Assembly: GCA_051006655.1 (NCBI GenBank)
Contig: JBPCSZ010000038.1
Location: forward strand, 3,990 to 67,989
Reading direction: 5' to 3'
Length of the DNA stretch: 64,000 nt
From: Chitinophagaceae bacterium
GTDB lineage: Bacteria; Bacteroidota; Bacteroidia; Chitinophagales; Chitinophagaceae
Position numbers and translations under genes: made by a program. Below are positions 52,573-62,852 of this stretch, in pieces (the first letter of the stretch is position 1; each line of letters opens with the position of its first letter). The notes under the pieces are model-generated. The model did no database searches and was not told the DNA's origin. It was given only the letters and a program-made list of their open reading frames with translations.

Positions 52573-54177
52573 TTAAGCTAATTTCGGCGCAGCGGCTAAG
52601 ATTTCTTCATTGGCTTGAGAAGCATACTTCTCGAAGTTCTTCACAAACATAGCGGCTAATTCGTAAGCCTTTTTCATGTACTCGTCTTTATCGGCCCATG
52701 TATTGGCAGGAATCAACATTTCGCTGGGTACGTTTGGACAGCTGGTAGGCATATTGAATCCGAATACCGGATGGGCTTCGTAAGCTACATCGTTCAATTC
52801 GCCATTCATAGCGGCTGTAATCATAGCACGGGTATAGCTTAATTTCATGCGGTTACCAATGCCATAAGGACCACCGCTCCAACCGGTGTTCACCAACCAT
52901 ACGTTTACGTTAGGGTGTTGTTCTAATTTCTTACCTAATAATTCAGCATATTTGGTAGGGTGCAAGGGCAAGAAGGCACGACCGAAGCAAGCACTGAATG
53001 TTGCTTGTGGTTCCGTTACACCCACTTCAGTACCGGCCACTTTGGCGGTATAACCGCTAATGAAGCTGTACATGGCTTGACCTTTACTTAATTTCGAAAT
53101 AGGAGGAAGAATACCATAGGCATCGCAAGTAAGGAAGAAGATATTCTTCGGATCGCCACCAATGCTTGGTTCTTTCGCATTATCGATATGCATAATAGGG
53201 TAGGCAACACGGGTATTTTCGGTGATGCTACCATCGGCAAAGTTTACGGTATTGGTACCATCTAAATAGGTGGTGTTTTCCACTAAGGCATTTGGCTTGA
53301 TGGCCGCATAAATTTGTGGTTCTTTTTCTTCGGTTAAATCAATGCATTTCGCGTAGCAACCACCTTCGAAATTGAATACGGAACCTTCATCCCAGCCGTG
53401 TTCGTCATCGCCAATCAATTGACGGTTCGGATCGGCACTGAGGGTGGTTTTACCGGTACCGCTCAATCCGAAGAAGAGGGCTACATCGCCATCTTTACCT
53501 TCGTTAGCAGAGCAATGCATGCTCAATACACCTTTTTGGTGAGGCAATACATAGTTCAATACACCGAAGATACCTTTCTTCATTTCGCCGGTATAGGCAC
53601 TACCACCAATTAAAATCATTTTCTTGGTGAAGTTTACCACGGTGAAGTTGGCTTGGCGTGTACCATGCACAGAAGGGTCGGCCAAAAAGCCGGGGGCTTG
53701 TAAAATAATCCATTCCGGCGTTTGGGTACTTACTTCGGCTTCGGTTGGACGTAAGAACAAATCGTAGCAGAACAAGTTAGCCCATGGGGTTTCATTGATT
53801 ACACGGATGTTCAAACGGTGTTTAGGATCGGCGCAAGCATAGGCATCGCGAACCCATAATTCCTTCCCTTGGAGGTAGGCCGTCATATCGTTATAAATGG
53901 CATCAAAATGCTCGGGCGACAAGGCAATGTTGATATCGCTCCAATCTACACTGTTTTCAGTGATGGCATCTTTCACGGTAAATTTGTCTTTAGGAGAACG
54001 ACCGGTGAATTTCCCGGTGTTAACGGCCAAGGCGCCCATATCGGTGATTGTTCCTTGTCCAAGCGCTACGGTCTGCTTCGTCAATTCTTCAGGGGCTAAA
54101 TTCCAATTCACCACAGAAGGGTTGATCCCTAAGTCAGCTAAATTAGCCGAAGGATTTTTGAGTCCTATTTCTTGCAT
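52573..54177 (-). CDS. pckA: Phosphoenolpyruvate carboxykinase (ATP)
   Basis: About 534 aa with the kinase-1a loop FFGLSGTGKTTLS and IGDDEHGW. Conservation spans the full length. ATG 54177 (MQEIGLKNPS) is preferred over the track start 54198. Confidence 0.92.
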   Translation of the reverse strand: MQEIGLKNPSANLADLGINPSVVNWNLAPEELTKQTVALGQGTITDMGALAVNTGKFTGRSPKDKFTVKDAITENSVDWSDINIALSPEHFDAIYNDMTAYLQGKELWVRDAYACADPKHRLNIRVINETPWANLFCYDLFLRPTEAEVSTQTPEWIILQAPGFLADPSVHGTRQANFTVVNFTKKMILIGGSAYTGEMKKGIFGVLNYVLPHQKGVLSMHCSANEGKDGDVALFFGLSGTGKTTLSADPNRQLIGDDEHGWDEGSVFNFEGGCYAKCIDLTEEKEPQIYAAIKPNALVENTTYLDGTNTVNFADGSITENTRVAYPIMHIDNAKEPSIGGDPKNIFFLTCDAYGILPPISKLSKGQAMYSFISGYTAKVAGTEVGVTEPQATFSACFGRAFLPLHPTKYAELLGKKLEQHPNVNVWLVNTGWSGGPYGIGNRMKLSYTRAMITAAMNGELNDVAYEAHPVFGFNMPTSCPNVPSEMLIPANTWADKDEYMKKAYELAAMFVKNFEKYASQANEEILAAAPKLA

Positions 54178-54303
54178 GCTTAAAATTTTAGGGTGCAAAG
54201 ATACAACGACCTCACCGCACCCTCGGTGATTTTTGTAGCCTATTTTGTTAACATATTTAACGTAGATTTAAAGATTTGGATGTTGCAACATATAAATTTT
54301 TTC

Positions 54304-54311
54304 TATCTTTG
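54304..54311 (+). promoter_or_regulatory. Bacteroidota-type -7 box (TAtcTTTG) of the yceI-like gene
   Basis: TATCTTTG lies 21 nt upstream of ATG 54332, with TTG 18 nt further upstream. Confidence 0.45.
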
Positions 54312-54331
54312 CACTCTAATTATATCAAATA

Positions 54332-54970
54332 ATGAAAAAAGTAATTTTATCCTTGACCGCTTTGGCTTTCTTTGCCGCTTGTCAAAATGCTCCTGAAGGA
54401 GAAAACGCACAAACAGCCGACACGCAAACGGTAGCTACCGATTCGAACGGAACTGTTTACAACATCGATTTAGCTACGAGTACAGTAGGATTCTTAGGTT
54501 CTAAGCCGGTAGGAACTCACGCCGGTGAATTCAAATTAACTGAAGGTAGTTTGACTGTTGCCAATGGTAATATCACGGCCGGTAACTTTACTATCGATGT
54601 GAATTCGATGGTGATTAAAGATGCCGATACCAATGGTGCTTACAAATTAGTAGGCCATTTATTATCGCCCGATTTCTTCGATGCCGCTAAGTTTGGTACA
54701 GCGAAGTTTGCTGTAACAGCTTGTGAAGCGGTTACCGGCGACAGCACCGCTACGCACAAAATCAGCGGTAATTTAACGTTGAAAGATAGCACCAAGAACG
54801 TTAGCTTCCCGGCTAAAGTATCGGTAAGTGATGCCGGCGTAACTGCTACAGCCTCATTTAATATCGATCGTACTCAATGGGGATTGTTCTATGGTAACGA
54901 TAAATCGCTCGGTGATAAATTCATTTATCCTGAAGTAAAAATCAGTCTTAATATTGCAGCCAATAAATAA
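54332..54970 (+). CDS. YceI family periplasmic lipoprotein
   Basis: 212 aa with lipobox FFAAC. STVGFLGSKPVGTHAGEFK and ...HLLSPDFFDA.KF are typical YceI beta-barrel motifs. Confidence 0.85.
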   Translation: MKKVILSLTALAFFAACQNAPEGENAQTADTQTVATDSNGTVYNIDLATSTVGFLGSKPVGTHAGEFKLTEGSLTVANGNITAGNFTIDVNSMVIKDADTNGAYKLVGHLLSPDFFDAAKFGTAKFAVTACEAVTGDSTATHKISGNLTLKDSTKNVSFPAKVSVSDAGVTATASFNIDRTQWGLFYGNDKSLGDKFIYPEVKISLNIAANK

Positions 54971-55002
54971 TTTCATGTTTGGTAGGTTTTAGTTAGAAAG
55001 AG

Positions 55003-55026
55003 GCCGTCCGCAAGGACGGCTTTTTT
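55003..55026 (+). terminator. Rho-independent terminator of the yceI-like gene
   Basis: GCCGTCC-gcaa-GGACGGC hairpin followed by T6. Confidence 0.7.
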
Positions 55027-55054
55027 CTTGCACGGATGTTCAGGAGCAGAAGTG

Positions 55055-55122
55055 AAGAAACAGGATTGGCAGAATGAACAGGATTGTAAAGAAACAGGAT
55101 TGACAGAATGAACAGGATTATA
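55055..55122. repeat. Tandem repeat, 2 x 34 bp (equivalently 4 x ~17 bp carrying AACAGGATT)
   Basis: AAGAAACAGGATTGGCAGAATGAACAGGATTGTA is followed by AAGAAACAGGATTGACAGAATGAACAGGATTATA, with 2 mismatches. Confidence 0.9.
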
Positions 55123-55130
55123 ATTGCAAG

Positions 55131-55238
55131 AGCGAGAATTCTGCCTGAGGCAGACGGAAGCGAAGTTTACGGGTGGCACGCACAAATCCCGCAAGTGCAG
55201 GAGTGCGAGTGTGAGGGAACAGTGAGCAGGGCAGGGCG
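55131..55238. repeat. GC-rich intergenic element (family member)
   Basis: CTGCCTGAGGCAG hairpin, then GGAAGCGAAG, then GGAGTGCGAGTGTGAGGGAACAGTGAGCAGGGCAGGGCG. It shares the AGTGCGAG and GAAGCGAAG words with the other members. Confidence 0.5.
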
Positions 55239-55326
55239 TATAAGTTTAGGGGGAAATTAACGTTGATATATACTATCAAGCAAGCTTATTCGTTTCCTTT
55301 GCAACACGAATTACTTTTACATCCTC

Positions 55327-56247
55327 ATGGCTACAGCCCCTGCGATTTCGTTCGAACAAGTCACCAAACAATTTGGTGCATTTACTGCGGTTAACCAATT
55401 GTCGTTTGAGGTCCCACAAGGGGCCCTTTTTGGTTTTTTAGGTCCCAATGGCTCGGGGAAAAGTACGAGTTTACGGATGATACTCGACTTGATTCGTCCT
55501 ACCGATGGGCGTATTCAATTGTTTGGTGAATCCTTGAGTCAACAGCGTTCGCGCTTGATGATGCGGGTGGGCAGTATGATTGAGAAGCCCGATTTCTATA
55601 CCTATTTACCGGCCCATACGAATTTAGAATTGGCGGCCAGGGCTTTTGGCATTAATTATTCCAAAGCCCAATATGAAGCCTTGTATAAAAAAGTGGGTTT
55701 GTGGGGGCGACAGCAAGATAAAGTGAAAACGTATTCGCATGGTATGAAACAACGTTTGGGGATTGCCCAGGCTTTGTTGCATAATCCGGATATGATTATT
55801 CTCGATGAACCCAATACGGGTTTAGATCCGCAAGGCATTATTGATTTGCGGCATTTGATGTTGCAATTGAATCGGGAGGAAGGAAAAACCATTGTGTTTT
55901 CTTCGCATATTTTGTCGGAAGTGCAGGCTATTTGTACTGATTTGGTGGTGATTCATCGTGGACAAAAAAAGGTGGAAGGCAAGGTGAGCGAATTGCTTTC
56001 GAACGAACAAGTGTTGGTGCATGTGGAATTGAACGATTCGCCGGAACAACATCGGTTGTTTGCCGAAACCACTTGGTACGAAAAACAAGTGCAACGCGAA
56101 GCCGATACGTATGCGCTGAATTTACCGAAAGAGGCTATTCCCTTGATGTTGAACGATTTGGGGCAACGTGGCATTACGGTTTATCGGGTGGATTATAGAA
56201 ACCCCTTGGAAGATTATTTTTTAAAACTCACCGGAGGAAATTTATGA
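55327..56247 (+). CDS. ABC transporter ATP-binding protein
   Basis: 306 aa with Walker A GPNGSGKST, signature YSHGMKQRL and Walker B MIILDEP. Confidence 0.9.
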   Translation: MATAPAISFEQVTKQFGAFTAVNQLSFEVPQGALFGFLGPNGSGKSTSLRMILDLIRPTDGRIQLFGESLSQQRSRLMMRVGSMIEKPDFYTYLPAHTNLELAARAFGINYSKAQYEALYKKVGLWGRQQDKVKTYSHGMKQRLGIAQALLHNPDMIILDEPNTGLDPQGIIDLRHLMLQLNREEGKTIVFSSHILSEVQAICTDLVVIHRGQKKVEGKVSELLSNEQVLVHVELNDSPEQHRLFAETTWYEKQVQREADTYALNLPKEAIPLMLNDLGQRGITVYRVDYRNPLEDYFLKLTGGNL

Positions 56248-57095
56248 GTGTAGGATTTTGGGCCTTGGTGCACAATGAATTAATTAAAACCATTCGTAGA
56301 CCGCGGAGTTTTATTGGCTTTGCGGTGATATTATTTGTTTGTGGTTTATTGCAAGCCGCTTTTTTTCGCGATGGGAAAGAAATTTTAGGATTTGTAACCC
56401 AGCAGGTTGATAATTTATTCGATGTGCAAGGCAAGGCCATCAATGGAAATTTGATTTGCTTTATTATTTTACAATCTTTGATTGTGCAAATGCCCTTGTT
56501 GGTGGCTTTGGTGACGGGCGATTTGATTTCGGGTGAAACTGCTACGGGAACAGCTCGTTTTTTGTTGACGCGCCCCGGTGCCCGTTGGCAAATTGTATTG
56601 GCCAAATGGTTGGCCGGTATGTTTTATACCTTCTTGTTGTTGGTATTTTTGGGCGTATTGGCCTTGTTTGGATCGCGCCTCATTTTTGGCGATGGCGATT
56701 TGATGTATTTGAATAGTGAAGCCTTGACTGTAATTCGTGCCCACGATATGAGTTGGCGTTGGATGGGAGCCTTTGGCATTGCCTTTTTATCGCTCAGTGT
56801 GGTGGCCAGTTTGGGTACTATGTTTAGTGCTTGGCTTGATAATTCCATTACCCCCATTGTGAGTGTGATGGCGATTATTGTGATTTTCACCATCATTGGG
56901 ATGTTCGATTTACCCACCTTCGACCCCATAAAACCTTTTTTATTTACCACCCATATGATTGCGTGGCGCAGTTTTTTTGAAGACCCGGTTCCGATGAGCG
57001 ATATTATTTTTTCGGCGGTGGTGCTTATAGCGCATATCGTGATTTTCTTGGGAGTATCGATGATTCATTATCAACGTAAAGACATAACAGCATGA
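56244..57095 (+). CDS. ABC-2 type transporter permease
   Basis: 283 aa with 6 TM helices. An ATGA overlap links it to the ATPase gene. Confidence 0.7.
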   Translation: MSVGFWALVHNELIKTIRRPRSFIGFAVILFVCGLLQAAFFRDGKEILGFVTQQVDNLFDVQGKAINGNLICFIILQSLIVQMPLLVALVTGDLISGETATGTARFLLTRPGARWQIVLAKWLAGMFYTFLLLVFLGVLALFGSRLIFGDGDLMYLNSEALTVIRAHDMSWRWMGAFGIAFLSLSVVASLGTMFSAWLDNSITPIVSVMAIIVIFTIIGMFDLPTFDPIKPFLFTTHMIAWRSFFEDPVPMSDIIFSAVVLIAHIVIFLGVSMIHYQRKDITA

Positions 57096-57799
57096 TGCGA
57101 CGTATTTTATTCAGCAGTATTTTTTTATTGGTAGCGCAAACCCTCATGGCCACCGACGATTCGCAAGCCTTAATTCGCGCGGTGAACCGAAAGTTGGCCC
57201 GCGTGAACGATTATAAAGCGGCTGTAGCCATGCAGTTTCAGTTGCCGGGTGTGAAGATGGATAATTTAAGTGGACAGGTGTATTTCAAGCGTCCCGATAA
57301 ATTTCGCATCAGAGCCAAAGGCTTGTTTTTTATGCCGAAGCAAAACCCCATGCAACAAGTGGGTAAACTCTTACTCGATACAACGTCGTATACTGCCGTG
57401 ATATCGGGTTATGAAACCGTGCAAGGAAAACGTTGTGCCATGGTGAACGTGATTCCGTTGAAGCAAGATATGGATTTGGTATTGGGTAAATTTTGGATTG
57501 ATGTACAAGACCCATTGATTTACAAATCGCAAATTACCACCAAGAATAATGGGACTATTGAATCGGAAAGCCGTTATGGGAATATGTCGGCTTATGCGTT
57601 GCCATCCGATATGACGATTCGTTTGGAGATGCAGAAAATTAAAATGCCAAAAATGATGGCGGCCGATTTGAACAAAAAGTCTTCGTCCAAACCGGCCGCC
57701 ACCGGAAAAGAAAAGGGCAGTATTACGATGCGCTTTTCGAATTATGTGTTGAACTCCCGTTTTCCCGATCAGGTATTTACGGAAGCCGAGAAAGAATAA
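57092..57799 (+). CDS. LolA-like / outer-membrane lipoprotein-sorting-like protein
   Basis: 235 aa with a signal peptide. An ATGA overlap suggests translational coupling to the permease gene. The beta-rich composition is the only basis for the fold guess. Confidence 0.4.
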   Translation: MMRRILFSSIFLLVAQTLMATDDSQALIRAVNRKLARVNDYKAAVAMQFQLPGVKMDNLSGQVYFKRPDKFRIRAKGLFFMPKQNPMQQVGKLLLDTTSYTAVISGYETVQGKRCAMVNVIPLKQDMDLVLGKFWIDVQDPLIYKSQITTKNNGTIESESRYGNMSAYALPSDMTIRLEMQKIKMPKMMAADLNKKSSSKPAATGKEKGSITMRFSNYVLNSRFPDQVFTEAEKE

Positions 57800-60634
57800 T
57801 TACTTTCTATTTCCATCGGCATCGAGTTCAATGAGGGTATAACCCATTTTTTCGAGTCCGGGAGCAATTACCTTTTTATCGCCCGCTAACACAATTTGCA
57901 TGTTATTGGGGTTGAGCCATTTTTTGGCTAAGGCATTCAGGTCTTCGGCTTGTGTGCGTTCGAGTACTTTGTTTTGATCGCGTACATAATCGAAGGGCAA
58001 ATTATAATCGAGGATAGTGCCTAAGAATCCGGCTTTTTGTCCACCGGTTTCATATTTACGCGCATCACTTTGTCCAATGGAATTCTTCATGAAATTCACT
58101 TCTTCCGCGGTAATGCCGTTGTTGATGAATTGATTGATTTCGTTCATGACTTCGTACAAAGCGCTATCGGTAGCCGGGGTTTTAATTCCCGATGAGAATA
58201 AATAGGTTCCCGTGTATTTATTGGCATTGAAGCCGGCACGAGCACCATAAGTCCAACCTTTATCTTCGCGTAAGTTTAAATTAATACGGCAATTGAAGGC
58301 ACCGCCTAAAGGGAAGTTCATTAAACCACAACGGTAATATTCTTCGGTGGGGTTGTACGTTAAATTGGTTACATACCCTACACGGAATTCAGTTTGTGCG
58401 GCTTTGGGAATATCCACTACATAAATGGTTTTATTATTCGGTGCGGCATTGGTAGCAGGAAGGCTAGGTAAATTCACCGGCGTTGCGGGTAATTTTTTCA
58501 AACGGGCCAAAATGCTTTTCGCATCATCGGTGGTAACATCGCCTACCACAACCACTTTCACGCCGTTGCGGGTCATGTAATTTTTGTAATAATCTTCAAT
58601 GTCTGCCAAGGTAATATTTTGTACACTTTCTAAGGTTCCACCGCTAGGCAAACCTAAAATATTTTGATTACCGTAAACTACTTTATTGAAGGCGCTTGAA
58701 GCCACGGTGGCAGCACGGGTTTTTGAGTTCTTGATACTTTCCAATTGTTGATTTTTCAAGCGGTCGAAGGCGTCTTGGGTGAATTTCGGTTCCAATAAAC
58801 GTTCTTCGAGGATGTCGAGAGTAGCTTGTAAATTCTTCTTCAAGCAACGTACACTAATGCCTGTTTCATCGAGCCCGGAGCCAATGGAAATACTACTGCC
58901 CAATTTATCGAGCATGATGCTGATGTCTTGGTCGGTGTGGCGTTTGGTGTCTTCTTCCATCATGGCGGTGAACAAGTTGGCGATACCTACTTTATTCAAT
59001 TGATTTTGTTCGGGTAAGCGACCACCGGGGATGGAGATATTGATATTCACTACGGGTAATTCATCGCTGTACGACATCAACAAACGCATATTATCGTCGT
59101 TCATGGCTTGAATGGTGGGCACTTTAATGCTTGGGTTAGCACCGGCGGCGGGTACTTTACTGCGGTCGAAATTGTCTTTGGCTTTATTGTATTTCAAGCC
59201 ATTATAGCCATAATCGGGGGCTTTATACCCTTCTGTGGCCACGGTGTAATTGTCGTTAGCGGCCTTCATATTTTCAGTGCCTTTGGTGAGTACACTTAAA
59301 ATTACCATCGGTTTGTTTTTGATGTATTGATTGTATACACGCAAAACATCTTGCTTGGTGAGGGCTTTGAGTTGGGCTTGTTCTTTTACAATGTAGTTGG
59401 CATCGTTTAAGAAGGTGAAGTTAGAAGCCAACTTGCTTACTTTTCCGCTCACGCTTTCCAAACCATAAATGGTGGCGGCTTCGCGCGATAATTTGAACTT
59501 GGCTATATCGTCGTCGCTTACGCCACGGGTTTCAAATTCTTGAATGGCTTCGCGAAGTGCTTTTTCCATATCGGCCAAGGAAGTACCGGGTTTTGGCATG
59601 ATGGTATATTGCATGGTACCGGCTAATTCGTCGGTAGGGTGCGAGGCCGAAGCTTGTAAAGCTTTTTGTGTTTTAATTAAATTCTTGTATAGAATGGAAG
59701 TATTGCCACCACCAATAATTTCGGCTAAGCAATCGAGGGCCATTTCATCGCGATGATGGGCAGGAACTGTTGGCATAGCACAAGCCAACATGGGCAACTT
59801 CGCATAGTTATCGGTTAAGCTGGCATAACGGTCGCTTTTTAATACCACCGACGGTAAAATGGTTTTGTCTACTTTCGGTCCACGAGGAATACTGCCAAAA
59901 TATTTTTCAACCAATTTCACCACGTCGGCGGCATTCACATCGCCCCCAACGGTTACCACGGCATTGTTCGGGCCATACCAACGCATGAAGAAATTCTTCA
60001 AATCTTGTACGTTGACACGGTTCAAATCTTCAATATATCCAATGGTTAACCACGAATAGGGGTGACCATAAGGGTATAAATTCTTGGCCAAGGTTTCTTG
60101 CACTAAGCCGTAAGGACGGTTATCGTAGTTTTGTCCGCGTTCGTTTTTCACCGTAGCGCGTTGTACTTCAAATTTTTGTTGGGTAACGGCATCGAGTAAA
60201 AAGCCCATACGATCGGCTTCGAGCCACAACATTTTTTCCAATTGGTTGCTGGGCACGGTTTCGAAGTAATTGGTGCGGTCGCGGTTGGTGGTTCCGTTCA
60301 AGGTACCTCCCGCTTCGGTAATGAGTTTAAAATGTTGTTCATCGGCAACGTTATCGCTTCCTTGGAACATCATATGTTCGAAGAAGTGGGCGAAACCCGA
60401 TTTGCCAATTTCTTCGCGGGCTGAACCTACGTGATAGGTTACATCCACGTGCACTACCGGGTCGCTATGGTCTTCGTGCACCAAAATGGTGAGTCCGTTG
60501 GGTAATACAAATTGTTGGTAAGGAATCACCACTTGGGTGCCGGTTTTCTTCACCTCTTGAACTTTTTTGGCTTGGGCATCTGCCGGGGCCGACCAAAGAA
60601 AGAGGGCGAAAAAAGGAATAATCAATTTCTTCAT
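57800..60634 (-). CDS. M16 family zinc peptidase, fused active and inactive halves
   Basis: 944 aa with a signal peptide, the inverted zincin motif HFFEHMMFQG (HxxEH) and a second M16-like half. Confidence 0.88.
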   Translation of the reverse strand: MKKLIIPFFALFLWSAPADAQAKKVQEVKKTGTQVVIPYQQFVLPNGLTILVHEDHSDPVVHVDVTYHVGSAREEIGKSGFAHFFEHMMFQGSDNVADEQHFKLITEAGGTLNGTTNRDRTNYFETVPSNQLEKMLWLEADRMGFLLDAVTQQKFEVQRATVKNERGQNYDNRPYGLVQETLAKNLYPYGHPYSWLTIGYIEDLNRVNVQDLKNFFMRWYGPNNAVVTVGGDVNAADVVKLVEKYFGSIPRGPKVDKTILPSVVLKSDRYASLTDNYAKLPMLACAMPTVPAHHRDEMALDCLAEIIGGGNTSILYKNLIKTQKALQASASHPTDELAGTMQYTIMPKPGTSLADMEKALREAIQEFETRGVSDDDIAKFKLSREAATIYGLESVSGKVSKLASNFTFLNDANYIVKEQAQLKALTKQDVLRVYNQYIKNKPMVILSVLTKGTENMKAANDNYTVATEGYKAPDYGYNGLKYNKAKDNFDRSKVPAAGANPSIKVPTIQAMNDDNMRLLMSYSDELPVVNINISIPGGRLPEQNQLNKVGIANLFTAMMEEDTKRHTDQDISIMLDKLGSSISIGSGLDETGISVRCLKKNLQATLDILEERLLEPKFTQDAFDRLKNQQLESIKNSKTRAATVASSAFNKVVYGNQNILGLPSGGTLESVQNITLADIEDYYKNYMTRNGVKVVVVGDVTTDDAKSILARLKKLPATPVNLPSLPATNAAPNNKTIYVVDIPKAAQTEFRVGYVTNLTYNPTEEYYRCGLMNFPLGGAFNCRINLNLREDKGWTYGARAGFNANKYTGTYLFSSGIKTPATDSALYEVMNEINQFINNGITAEEVNFMKNSIGQSDARKYETGGQKAGFLGTILDYNLPFDYVRDQNKVLERTQAEDLNALAKKWLNPNNMQIVLAGDKKVIAPGLEKMGYTLIELDADGNRK

Positions 60635-60845
60635 AATGCAAAGTTGAGTTGCTAAAATAGGAAGTTTATGTGAGATGCTATCGAAGGATTTTTAAACTCC
60701 AAAAACAGACATTTTGTAGAATTTTTTGTTATTAATTGTTAGTGTTTAAGATAACTTCTACAGTACGCTAAAAATGTGAGTATACAAATTTTCTGAAACC
60801 CTTAAGTTTGTTGCTAATAATCAACATTTTTCGTTTTAAATCAAT

Positions 60846-61727
60846 ATGTTCAACATGTTACTAACAAGAAGAAATCGATTGTGCTTGGGACTATCCTTAT
60901 TGATAGGCTGTGCCGTTTGGAGTCAACCGGCCCAAGCGCGTTTGCCCAAAGAACATTATTTGCAAATTGGCTTACACAGCAATCGAAGTGCCATGCGCGA
61001 TTGGGCTACTTCCCCTTTATGGTATAAAGGTTCGCCCATGTCGATTGGATTGGCTTACGAAGCGCTGAATGCCAACAAGGATATTGAAACCGGTTTGGTA
61101 TATCGTTTTGGCAATTACAAAGCCAACGATGCAGAACCATTAACTAGCAGTAATGTGAAAAGTGGCAATTTCTTTCATAGTCGCCTTTACTCGATTTCAA
61201 AGCTATCGAAAAGCAAAATCAGTGTTGAACTCGGCGGTATGGCGCAAGTGTTTGGTAATTTCCGTATGAACCCCTCTTTGCAAAACAATGCGGTGGGTAT
61301 TGAAGCCATTACCTCAGTTTTGGGTTCTGTTCGTTTGGGCTATCGTTGGGAACGAACTCAAGAAGAAAGAAAAAAAATTGGGTTTATTAAATTAAATATG
61401 CACCCGGCTCAACGTTCTATTCGTTTACGAGCCAATGTGGGCTTATTGAATTTCCCCTTGCGCAATGGTTATATTTATTCCATTCATTCGGGGGTACTTA
61501 ATACCTTCAATCCGTTTACCGGCTATACCGTAAGTGCCGGTGGAACCAATTTATCAACGGCCTTGGAATATACCATTCAACGCCCGGGCCGTAACGGCTA
61601 TCGGTTTGCGTATGTTTGGGAAGCTTATCAAACATCTAAGAAATTCGATCATTTAGACATGGTCACGAATTCATTCCGTTTCACATTATTGTTTAACACT
61701 AACCGCGTTTCTACCTATGCGAAATAA
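60846..61727 (+). CDS. Hypothetical outer-membrane beta-barrel-like protein
   Basis: 293 aa with a signal peptide and alternating-strand composition. No family is recognised. Confidence 0.45.
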   Translation: MFNMLLTRRNRLCLGLSLLIGCAVWSQPAQARLPKEHYLQIGLHSNRSAMRDWATSPLWYKGSPMSIGLAYEALNANKDIETGLVYRFGNYKANDAEPLTSSNVKSGNFFHSRLYSISKLSKSKISVELGGMAQVFGNFRMNPSLQNNAVGIEAITSVLGSVRLGYRWERTQEERKKIGFIKLNMHPAQRSIRLRANVGLLNFPLRNGYIYSIHSGVLNTFNPFTGYTVSAGGTNLSTALEYTIQRPGRNGYRFAYVWEAYQTSKKFDHLDMVTNSFRFTLLFNTNRVSTYAK

Positions 61728-62727
61728 ATTATTATTACCCCTCTTATGCTTGGGTTTATCCTTTTCGTCGTGCAATAAAATTATGTTTGAAAAAGATCAA
61801 GCATCGAAAGACCCGCAAGAAAATTTCGATTATCTCTGGAATGAGTGTAATCGTAAATATGCTTACTTCGATTTAAAAGGCATCGATTGGAATCAAATTA
61901 AAGCAACGTATCAAGCCAAGTTGTATACCGGCATGAGCGACGATTCTTTGTTTCATGTGATGGCCAATATGTTGAATGAGTTGAAAGACGATCATACCAA
62001 TTTAATTTCAGGCTTTAATATTTCGGGCTATGGCGTTCGCTTTTTAGGTCCCGATAATTTCGATTGGCGCGTGGTGGAAGAACATTACTTAAACAAGCAA
62101 TTCCAAACCTCGGGGCCATTCAATCACGATTTTTTAGACAGTGGTCGCGTAGGGTATATTCGTTTCAATGCCTTCACCGGTACAGTCAGCGATTATAACA
62201 TGGATTATATCATCCAACGTTATCAAAACACCAAAGGCTTAATTCTCGATTTGCGCGAAAACGGTGGCGGTGCTGCGGTTGATATCTTCAATATCTTAAA
62301 TCGCTTTGTAGATGAAAAAACCTTGCTCTATTATTCGCGCATTAAAAACGGCGAAGGCAAAAACGATTTCACCGACCCAACGCCTGTTTATGTTACCCCT
62401 TACAAAGGACAGCGTTATACGGGTAAGAAAATCATGGTATTAACCGACCGTGGTACTTATAGCGCCGGCTCCTTTACATCTTTGGCTACCAAGGCTTTGC
62501 CGAATATGATTATGGTGGGTGATACCACGGGTGGTGGATTGGGGTTGCCCAACGGCGGACAATTACCCAATGGTTGGACTTACCGATTCTCGGTATCGCA
62601 AGCCATGAATTTAGATAAAGACCCTTCGTGGGAACAAGGCGTTCCGCCCGATATTTTTGTTCGTTTCAATTGGAACAACATGACACGCGATGAAGTGCTT
62701 GACCGCGCTTTGACGGAGTTGAAATAA
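61717..62727 (+). CDS. S41 family (tail-specific/C-terminal processing type) peptidase lipoprotein
   Basis: 336 aa with lipobox SFSSC, LILDLRENGGG and the catalytic-region motif TYSAGS. Confidence 0.85.
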   Translation: MRNKLLLPLLCLGLSFSSCNKIMFEKDQASKDPQENFDYLWNECNRKYAYFDLKGIDWNQIKATYQAKLYTGMSDDSLFHVMANMLNELKDDHTNLISGFNISGYGVRFLGPDNFDWRVVEEHYLNKQFQTSGPFNHDFLDSGRVGYIRFNAFTGTVSDYNMDYIIQRYQNTKGLILDLRENGGGAAVDIFNILNRFVDEKTLLYYSRIKNGEGKNDFTDPTPVYVTPYKGQRYTGKKIMVLTDRGTYSAGSFTSLATKALPNMIMVGDTTGGGLGLPNGGQLPNGWTYRFSVSQAMNLDKDPSWEQGVPPDIFVRFNWNNMTRDEVLDRALTELK

Positions 62728-62745
62728 GTTCATTTCTCTTTTTTG

Positions 62746-62785
62746 AATATGACCATACGATGACCGTATGGTCATATTTTTTTGA
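62746..62785 (+). terminator. Rho-independent terminator of the S41 peptidase gene
   Basis: AATATGACCATACG-augac-CGTATGGTCATATT, a 14-bp perfect stem followed by a T-run. Confidence 0.75.
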
Positions 62786-62852
62786 TGCGTTCTGCGTTAT
62801 TATGGAAAATCGAACACCATGAATCACGGCTACAATTTTAAACCCTTGTACC

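Noticed and set aside
55055-55122. CRISPR array (considered for this tandem repeat and for the GGAGTA tracts at 38230 and 40943)
   Set aside because: There are only two contiguous 34-bp units with no unique spacers. The others are 6-bp microsatellites. No cas genes are in the window.
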